A DNA stretch of 32,398 nt. It comes from an uncultured Roseovarius sp. Lineage in GTDB: Bacteria; Pseudomonadota; Alphaproteobacteria; Rhodobacterales; Rhodobacteraceae. Under the pieces are notes generated by a model that worked only from the letters and a program-made list of their open reading frames with translations, ran no database searches and was not told where the DNA came from. Positions 25,991-32,398 of this stretch are shown here, in pieces. The number at the start of each line of letters is the position of its first letter. Positions within the stretch are counted from its first letter, which is position 1. Location of the stretch: the NCBI GenBank assembly GCA_913055965.1, contig CAJXKX010000001.1, forward strand, positions 1-32,398, read 5' to 3'. Made by a program: the position numbers and the translations under genes.

Positions 25991-27135
25991 ACCGGATCGC
26001 CGCCCCATCCCTGGCACCCGTCGGCACAGGGCAGCGCATCACCCGGCTGCGCCTCTGGCATGTGCCTTTGACCAGCCACACGGCCTATCACATGGCCGAT
26101 GGCAAGACCTGCGATACCGTCGAAACGGTTGTCATCGCGCTCGATACCGATGCCGGGCTGACGGGCTGGGGCGAGGTCTGCCCGATCCCGCATTACCTGC
26201 CCGCCTATGCCCGCGGCGCGGCGCCGGCCTTGCAGGAACTCGCGCCTGTCATCCTTGGCGGCGATCCTGTCGGGGTTGAGGCGCTGATGGCCTGCGCGGA
26301 TGCGTTTCTGCCGGGCCATGTCTATGCCAAATCCGCGTTGGATATCGCGCTGTGGGATATCACCGGACAGGTGGCGGGGCTGCCGATCCATGCGCTTCTG
26401 GGCGGGCGGCGGCAAGAGACCTTGCCGCTCTACCACTCCATCACCTGCATCGAGCCGGATGAGATGGCCCGCATTGCCCGCGAGGCGCAGGCGCAGGGGA
26501 TCACGCAGTTTCAGGTCAAGCTGGGCGCGTCCGGTGATTGGCAGACGGACGTGGAACGGCTGGCCAAGGTGCGCGAGGCTGTCGGCCCCGGCCCGCTGGT
26601 CTATGGCGACTGGAACTGCGGCGCGACCACGCTGGACGCGATCCGCGTGGGCCGTGGTGCTGCGCATCTGGATGTGATGCTGGAGCAACCCTGCGCCACG
26701 CTGGAGGAGTGCGCCCGCGTGCAATCGGCGACGGGTCTGCCGATGAAGCTGGACGAATTGGCGCATGACACGGCCTCTTTGCTTGCCGCGCACCGCTTCG
26801 GCATCATGGACGCGGTCGCGCTCAAGCTGTCGAAATTCGGGGGGTTGTCGGCCACGCGCCGGGCGCGCGACCTGTGCCTGCATCTGGGGGCAAAGATGTG
26901 CGTTGAGTGCACCTGGGGCAGCGATATCGTGACCGTCGCCGCGCTGCATCTGGGGGCCGCGACGCGGCCCGACCGCGTTCTGAACGTTTGCGACCTGTCG
27001 GGTTATGTCAGCCCGCGCCTTGCATCTGATGCGCCGGACCGCGCGGCTGGCCGCATCGCGCCGCCCGATGGGCCGGGGCTTGGCATCACCGTCGATCAAG
27101 ACCGCCTCGGCACGCCCGACCTGATACTGGAGTGA
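25987..27135 (+). CDS. Enolase superfamily (MLE subgroup) racemase/epimerase/dehydratase, HpbD/cis-3-hydroxyproline-dehydratase-like
   Basis: GLTGWGEVCP, FQVKLG (QxK), metal ligands GDWN / LEQP / LDE, second base ALKLSKFGG, ECTWG. Confidence 0.88.
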   Translation: MNRIAAPSLAPVGTGQRITRLRLWHVPLTSHTAYHMADGKTCDTVETVVIALDTDAGLTGWGEVCPIPHYLPAYARGAAPALQELAPVILGGDPVGVEALMACADAFLPGHVYAKSALDIALWDITGQVAGLPIHALLGGRRQETLPLYHSITCIEPDEMARIAREAQAQGITQFQVKLGASGDWQTDVERLAKVREAVGPGPLVYGDWNCGATTLDAIRVGRGAAHLDVMLEQPCATLEECARVQSATGLPMKLDELAHDTASLLAAHRFGIMDAVALKLSKFGGLSATRRARDLCLHLGAKMCVECTWGSDIVTVAALHLGAATRPDRVLNVCDLSGYVSPRLASDAPDRAAGRIAPPDGPGLGITVDQDRLGTPDLILE

Positions 27136-27139
27136 CAGA

Positions 27140-28432
27140 ATGAACCGCATTCACAGCCAGGCCGATTGGATCGCCCGCGCCCGCGAGGTGCTGCCCGCCG
27201 CCGGGTTCGGCAATTTCGACGCCTCTGTCGTGATCGCGAGGGGGCAGGGCGCCCGCGTCTGGGACGAGGACGGCCGCGAATACGTGGATTACCTGATCGG
27301 CTCCGGCCCGATGCTGCTGGGGCATGGCCACCCGGAAGTGATGGAGGCGGTGCTGGAGCAACTGCCAAGGGGCATGACGTTCTTTGCCAACAACGCGCGC
27401 GGCATCGAACTGGCCGAGGCGATTGTCGACGCGGTGCCCTGCTGCGAGCAGGTGCGTTTCGTCACCTCGGGCGGCGAGGCGGACATGTATGCGATGCGGC
27501 TGGCGCGGGCCTTCACGGCCAAGCCGAAGATCCTGAAATTCGAGGGCGGCTATCACGGGATGAGCGCCGAGGCGCAGATGAGCCTCGCCCCCGCCCGCGA
27601 GGTCAATTTTCCGACGCCGGTGCCCGACAGCGCAGGCATCCCGCAGGCGGTGGCCGACGAGATGCTCATCGCGCCGTTCAACGATCTGGGGGCGGTGGAG
27701 TCGCTTCTCGCCGAACACGACGACATCGCCGCCATCATCGTCGAGCCGTTGCAGCGGATCATCCCGGCCCAGCCCGGTTTTCTGCAAGGGTTGCGCGATC
27801 TGTGCGACAAACACGGCGTCTTGCTGATCTTCGACGAGATCGTCACCGGCTTCCGTCTTGCCTATGGCGGCGCGCAGGAAAGCTATGGCGTCGTGCCGGA
27901 TATCTGCACCCTGGGCAAGATCATCGGCGGCGGCTTTCCCCTGGCCGCGTTCGGGGCGAGTGCCGAGATCATGGCGCATTTCGACAAGGCGGCCGTGGGG
28001 GCTGAGAACTGGCTGATGCAGCTCGGCACGCTCTCGGGCAATCCGGTAGCCTCTGCCGCGGGGCTCAAGACGATGGAGATCCTGCGGCGTCCGGGGCAGT
28101 ACGAGCGGCTGCGTGCGCTGGGCCAGGCCTTGATGGAGATGCAGGCTTCCGCTCTGACGGAGCAGGGAATCGCCCACCGCATCTGCGGCGATCCGACCCT
28201 GTTCGACATCTACTTCACCGATGCCGATCCGGTCGATTACCGCAACGCGAAGCACCGCGATCCGGCGATCAACGAGGTCTGGAACAGCACCTTGCGGGCC
28301 AATGGCGTCTTCAAGTCACCGGGCAAGCTTTATCCATCGCTCGCCCTGCGGGCCGAGGACCTGGACCTGACACGTGAGGCGATCTGGCATGCGGCGCTGG
28401 CAGCGGCGGAAAGGCCGGAACGGCATCCCTAG
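27140..28432 (+). CDS. Class III PLP aminotransferase, glutamate-1-semialdehyde-aminomutase-like
   Basis: WDEDGREYVDY, GPMLLGHGHP, SGGEA, KFEGGYHG, LIFDEIVTGFR, TLGKIIGGGFP (PLP Lys), GTLSGNPVA. Confidence 0.92.
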   Translation: MNRIHSQADWIARAREVLPAAGFGNFDASVVIARGQGARVWDEDGREYVDYLIGSGPMLLGHGHPEVMEAVLEQLPRGMTFFANNARGIELAEAIVDAVPCCEQVRFVTSGGEADMYAMRLARAFTAKPKILKFEGGYHGMSAEAQMSLAPAREVNFPTPVPDSAGIPQAVADEMLIAPFNDLGAVESLLAEHDDIAAIIVEPLQRIIPAQPGFLQGLRDLCDKHGVLLIFDEIVTGFRLAYGGAQESYGVVPDICTLGKIIGGGFPLAAFGASAEIMAHFDKAAVGAENWLMQLGTLSGNPVASAAGLKTMEILRRPGQYERLRALGQALMEMQASALTEQGIAHRICGDPTLFDIYFTDADPVDYRNAKHRDPAINEVWNSTLRANGVFKSPGKLYPSLALRAEDLDLTREAIWHAALAAAERPERHP

Positions 28433-28469
28433 CCGCCTCCATCGCCGCGGTCCCGGCTGCACCGGTCCC

Positions 28470-29174
28470 TTATCGCACGCCCGGGTCGCGGCACGCGTCG
28501 GACGGGGTGGGGTTGCGGCAAGCCGCGACGAACCGTTCGATCAGGGCATGATCGAACGCGGACAACAGATACTCGGGGTGCCATTGAACGCCTACGAAGA
28601 ACGGGTGATTCCGGGCCGCGATCGCCTCGACTACCCCGTCCGGCGCGCGGGCGAGGACATCGAAACTGCCGCCGTCCGAGAGATATTGCATGTGATAGCT
28701 ATTGACCTTGGTCGTGCTTGTGCCGGCCAAGTGGCCCAGGAAGCCCTCCGGTGCCATGGTCAGATCATGGGCCGGCGCGGTTGGATAGGCGCGCGGCTTG
28801 TGATCAATGCCGTTCCCCCGTTGCCCGGTGCTGTGCAGTTCGCCCCCGAGCATCTGCCCCATGACCTGCATCCCGTTGCATATGCCGAATGTGGGAATGT
28901 GCCGGTCCCGCGTCTGCTGCAACAGTTCGCTTTCAAAGTCCTGACGCAGCGTGGTCCCGGCTTCTCCGGGTTCGCTACCTGTGACGAGGAAGCCGTCGCA
29001 CAGGCGGAGATAGCTTTGAATGGCAGCGATATCACACGGGAGCAGGATGGCCGTCGCCCCCGATAGACGCAGTGCCGTGACATAGTTTGCGCGCACCGTG
29101 TAAGTGCTCTCGGTCGTCTCCGTCGGATGCTCCATGTGGTCCACGGTGACGCCGATCAACGGGTGCTTCGCCAC
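28470..29174 (-). CDS. Peptidase C26 / gamma-glutamyl hydrolase (PuuD-like class I glutamine amidotransferase)
   Basis: PLIGVT, FGICNGMQ (nucleophile Cys), VNSYHMQ, APDGVVEAI, GVQWHPE; GTG start overlapping the upstream TAG. Confidence 0.88.
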   Translation of the reverse strand: MAKHPLIGVTVDHMEHPTETTESTYTVRANYVTALRLSGATAILLPCDIAAIQSYLRLCDGFLVTGSEPGEAGTTLRQDFESELLQQTRDRHIPTFGICNGMQVMGQMLGGELHSTGQRGNGIDHKPRAYPTAPAHDLTMAPEGFLGHLAGTSTTKVNSYHMQYLSDGGSFDVLARAPDGVVEAIAARNHPFFVGVQWHPEYLLSAFDHALIERFVAACRNPTPSDACRDPGVR

Positions 29175-29845
29175 TACGCTCGCGCCCCCCGCGCCCGTTT
29201 GGCAAGGTATTTCGCCAGCATCGACAGGGGAAAGGCGATCAGGAAATACATCGCGCCGACCCAGATGTAGATATGCAGCGGCAGGAAGTATTCCGTGGCC
29301 AGGGCGCGGCCTTCCAGCACCAGTTCGTTGACCGTGATCAGCGAGGCGAGCGAACTGTCTTTCAGCAGCGCGACGAAGGTCACGATCACGGGGGCCGCGA
29401 TGATCCGCACGACTTGCGGCAGGATGATCAGGAACAGCGTCTGGGCAGGGCGAAACCCCGCGCTCATCGCCGCTTCCCATTGCCCCCTGGGAATCGCGCC
29501 AAGCCCCGCGCGGAAGACCTCGGCCATCTGTGCGGCGAAAGCGAGCCCCAGTCCGACGACCGCGGCGGGCTCGGCATCGAAGACGATGCCGACGCCGGGA
29601 AGGCCGAAATAGATCAGGAACAGGATCGCGAGGACAGGGACGCCGCGGAAAAACACGATGTAGCCGCGAACGACGGTGCGGACGATCCGGGAGCTGGCTT
29701 CCTGCGCCAGCCCGAGGATCAATCCGACCACGGTGGCCAGCATGAAGCCGAGGATCGAAATCCGGGCCGAAACCACCGCCGCATCGGCCAGGCGCGGGCC
29801 CCATTGATCCGCGTGGCGGGCGTAGACATCGAGGAACTCAAGCAT
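29174..29845 (-). CDS. Polar amino-acid ABC transporter permease
   Basis: YIVFFRGVPVL, AEVFRAGLGAIPRGQWEAA (EAA motif), LLKDSSLAS. Confidence 0.93.
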   Translation of the reverse strand: MLEFLDVYARHADQWGPRLADAAVVSARISILGFMLATVVGLILGLAQEASSRIVRTVVRGYIVFFRGVPVLAILFLIYFGLPGVGIVFDAEPAAVVGLGLAFAAQMAEVFRAGLGAIPRGQWEAAMSAGFRPAQTLFLIILPQVVRIIAAPVIVTFVALLKDSSLASLITVNELVLEGRALATEYFLPLHIYIWVGAMYFLIAFPLSMLAKYLAKRARGARA

Positions 29846-30494
29846 TTGCCTTGCCTCCGAACCTGTGCTCCAGGCGGGTGACGGCATAGGCGAGCGGCAA
29901 GCTCATGAGCAGGTAGACCATCGCGGCCGAGCTGTAGATGAGCGTGGTCTGGAACGACGAGGTCACCATCGAACGCGCATAGAACATGATCTCGGGGGCG
30001 GCGATGGCCGACACGATGGAGGTATCCTTCATCAATTGCAGCGCGTAGTTGCCCAAGGGCGGCAATGCCACCCGGATCGCCTGCGGCGACAGGATGAACC
30101 TGATCGTTTGAACCGGCGTCATGCCCACGGCCCGCGCCGCTTCGACCTGACCGATACCGAGGGCGAGAAAGCCGCTGCGATAGATGTCGCAGGTCACGGC
30201 CGCGCCGATCAGGCCCAGCCCGATGATCGCGGCAGGAATGGAAGTGATCTTGATCCCGACAGCGGCCAGGCCGAAATAGAGGATGAACAGATGCGAGAGG
30301 GCAGGGATGTTGCGGAAGAACTCGACATAGGCGTCGATCGCGAAGTTCAGCAAGCGGACCCGGGGAAACTGGCGCAGGACCGCGAGGCCAAATCCCAGCG
30401 TTACCGCGATGAGAAGCGATGCGACCGTCACCGACACCGTCACGACCGCGCCGGTCAACAGACCCGGCATGATGGTTGAGAGCCAGAATTCCAT
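29838..30494 (-). CDS. Polar amino-acid ABC transporter permease
   Basis: YVEFFRNIPAL, GQVEAARAVGM, PQAIRVALPPLGN, LMKDTSIVS. Confidence 0.93.
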   Translation of the reverse strand: MEFWLSTIMPGLLTGAVVTVSVTVASLLIAVTLGFGLAVLRQFPRVRLLNFAIDAYVEFFRNIPALSHLFILYFGLAAVGIKITSIPAAIIGLGLIGAAVTCDIYRSGFLALGIGQVEAARAVGMTPVQTIRFILSPQAIRVALPPLGNYALQLMKDTSIVSAIAAPEIMFYARSMVTSSFQTTLIYSSAAMVYLLMSLPLAYAVTRLEHRFGGKANA

Positions 30495-30498
30495 CGGA

Positions 30499-31254
30499 CT
30501 ACCCGTGCATCCGGCTGAGGAATGCTTTGGTCCGGTCGCGCTGTGGGCGTTCAATCACCTCGCGCGCGGGGCCCTCTTCCTCGATCAGGCCGTCATAGAG
30601 GAACATCACCCTGTCCGCGACATCACGAGCAAAGGCGATCTCGTGCGTCACGAGGAGCATGGTGCGCCCCTCGTCGGCCAGTTCGTGAATGACATTCAGC
30701 ACCTCGCCCACCAATTCGGGGTCAAGTGCAGAGGTCGGTTCGTCAAACAGCATCAATTTGGGCCTTTGCGCGAGCGCACGTGCGATGGCGACACGCTGCT
30801 GCTGGCCGCCGGACAATTGCTCCGGCATGGCGTCGGCCTTGTGATCCATCCGGACCTTGGCAAGCATCTCTTCTGCCAGCGCGCGGGCGACCGGCGCGCT
30901 TTCGCCTTGGACCTTTCGCACGGGGGTCGCGACATTCTCGCGCACGGAAAGGTGCGGCCACAGGTTGAAGCCCTGAAACACCATCCCCATCTGCGCGCGC
31001 TGCGGCGCAAGCTCGCGATTGGACATCGGTCGTTCGCCGGCTTTCGCACCGACCCTGTCCCCACCGAGGAGAATGGTGCCCGAAGTCGGTTTCTCCAGAA
31101 AGTTCACGCAGCGAAGGCAGGTGGATTTCCCGGAGCCCGACGGCCCGATCAGCGCCAGCTTTTCGCCTGCGGAGAGGTCAAAGCCGATGCCTTTCAGCAC
31201 CTCCAGATTTCCATATGACTTGTGCAGATCCTGCACGGAGAGAAGAGAGGACAT
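30499..31254 (-). CDS. Polar amino-acid ABC transporter ATP-binding protein (GlnQ/EhuA-like)
   Basis: [57 protein letters not shown]. Confidence 0.95.
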   Translation of the reverse strand: MSSLLSVQDLHKSYGNLEVLKGIGFDLSAGEKLALIGPSGSGKSTCLRCVNFLEKPTSGTILLGGDRVGAKAGERPMSNRELAPQRAQMGMVFQGFNLWPHLSVRENVATPVRKVQGESAPVARALAEEMLAKVRMDHKADAMPEQLSGGQQQRVAIARALAQRPKLMLFDEPTSALDPELVGEVLNVIHELADEGRTMLLVTHEIAFARDVADRVMFLYDGLIEEEGPAREVIERPQRDRTKAFLSRMHG

Positions 31255-31346
31255 CCCGCATCTTTCAGCTTGATCGTCCGGCAGCACGCAGGGCGGCAGG
31301 GGGGGGCGCCGCGGGTGCCGGATCGGGTTCGGTGGGCATCGATGCC

Positions 31347-31378
31347 CTGGCGGCACGGCGGACAGCGCGTGCCGCCAG
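31347..31378. other. Intercistronic GC-rich hairpin
   Basis: CTGGCGGCACG (31347-31357) and CGTGCCGCCAG (31368-31378) form a perfect 11-bp stem with a 10-nt loop, starting 8 nt after the upstream stop; there is no U-tract. Confidence 0.7.
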
Positions 31379-31386
31379 CGACGGTG

Positions 31387-32259
31387 TCAGTCAGCGCATT
31401 CAGGCAGTCGGTAATCCGCGTCTCGGTCCACACCGGCGCGGAAGTTCTCGCCGTTGGCCTTGAACCATGCGTCACCGACCAGCCCGTAGCGCGCGCCGAT
31501 CTCTTTCATGTCGCAGGCGTCATCGAGCGTCAGCGCCGATTGCGGCACCAGGTGGGCGCGCCGCCCCTCGGCGGCGATGGTGATCTCGACCGTCTCGCCA
31601 TCGCGCAGCGCAAGGTCGGGATTGGGCACGCGCACATCGACGCGGAAGGTGCGCGTGGTCTCGTCCGCCGAGCGCGAAACGAAACTCACCTCGCCCGTCA
31701 CCTCCTGACCGGAAGCGGTGCGCGCCCGCGCAGGGGCCCCCTGCCCGACCCGCGCCACGTCGGTTTCCGAGACGAAGCCCACCAGCATGATCGGATCGAG
31801 GCGCAGCACCGTCGCGCAGAGCGCGCCGGGCTGCAGGAGGCTGCCCAGTTCGGCGGTCTCGGTTTCCAGCACGCCGCCGAAGGGCGCGTGGATCGTCAGA
31901 CGGTCGATCTCCTCTTGCGCGGCGGTGACGCCCGCGCGCGCCGATTCGATGTTGGCCCGCGCCGTTTCCAGCCCCGAGGTGGCACTTTCCACCCCCGACT
32001 CGGCGGCGCGCAGCGCGGCGCGGGTCGCGGCGACGCGGGTCTCGGACGCAAAGCCGCTCTCGACGAGCCCGGTCGCCGCGCGATAGTTGATCTCCGCCTC
32101 CTCGAGGGCGGCGCGCGCCTCTTCCAGACGGGCGCGCGCCTCGGGAACGCGGGCCTGCGCCTCGGCGAGCCGCGCCTGTGCCTCGTCGAGCGCGGCCCGC
32201 CGCGCCGCCGGCCCGGAGGCGGCGACCGGTACGCGCAGGCGCTCGGTCTCGAAAGCCAT
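31387..32259 (-). pseudogene. Chimeric ORF: short unrelated N-terminus + internal RND periplasmic adaptor (MFP) fragment + probable C-terminus of an amino-acid-binding protein
   Basis: MFP hairpin/lipoyl/beta-barrel motifs (TIHAPFGGVLE, GEVSFVSRSADETTRTFRVDV, HLVPQSALTLDD), with no membrane anchor and no first lipoyl half; abrupt switch to CDMKEIGARYGL...RAGVDRDADYRLPEC. Confidence 0.65.
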
Positions 32260-32398
32260 GGTCCGCAGTCCCTGTTCCCGACGGTGGCTTAGCGCCAACT
32301 GTGTAAAAGCCGGTCTTCTCGGCATTTCTATGCACATTCACGGCTAACATCGGGTTACTCATGGTTCCGCCGCGGGCTTGACCCGGCGGTCGAATATT

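Noticed and set aside
23459-26017. 852-aa minus-strand ORF
   Set aside because: Antisense shadow of the DMG-dehydrogenase-like gene; no recognisable domain.
7327-28432. Functional link between egtB and the betaine cluster through hercynine
   Set aside because: They are about 13 kb apart, separated by an unrelated system, and I saw no shared regulatory motif; kept only as a substrate to test.
27140-28432. Gene symbol hemL
   Set aside because: The operon context is catabolic and the motifs are shared across the wider GSA-like subfamily.
32000-32215. Repetitive GCGCGCGCCTC-like tracts
   Set aside because: They encode the Ala/Arg/Glu heptads of the MFP coiled coil; not a CRISPR array or DNA repeat element.
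32344-32358. CTAA-N7-TTAC, resembling a CtrA box
   Set aside because: Two mismatches to TTAA-N7-TTAA, a single copy at the window edge, and the downstream gene identity is unclear.

Overview
GC-rich alphaproteobacterial DNA (Rhodobacteraceae/Roseobacter-like judging by gene content). I found no rRNA, tRNA, CRISPR array or recognisable mobile element. There are four blocks. (1) 1-8.9 kb: accessory genes around two LysR regulators: small membrane proteins, a glyoxalase-superfamily protein, a GNAT, SRPBCC and DUF427 proteins, a secreted haloalkane-dehalogenase-like hydrolase and an orphan egtB. (2) 8.9-21.4 kb: a divergent carbohydrate-catabolism system. The right arm is a ribose-type ABC importer plus an FAH-family hydrolase. 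The left arm is a winged-HTH::solute-binding-protein fusion regulator, three SDRs, an M24-fold enzyme with an Asp->Cys metal-ligand swap and an FMN alpha-hydroxy-acid oxidase. A tandem TATCC-N5-GGATA palindrome lies between the arms. (3) 21.5-28.4 kb: a probable betaine/N-methylated-amine catabolic cluster (CntA/YeaW-like Rieske oxygenase, RpiR regulator, dimethylglycine-dehydrogenase-like flavoprotein, HpbD-like enolase-superfamily enzyme, class III aminotransferase). (4) 28.5-32.4 kb: a polar-amino-acid ABC transporter plus a C26 gamma-glutamyl hydrolase. Its binding-protein gene appears to be replaced by a chimeric ORF carrying an internal RND adaptor fragment. All family calls come from motif recognition by eye; no database search was run.
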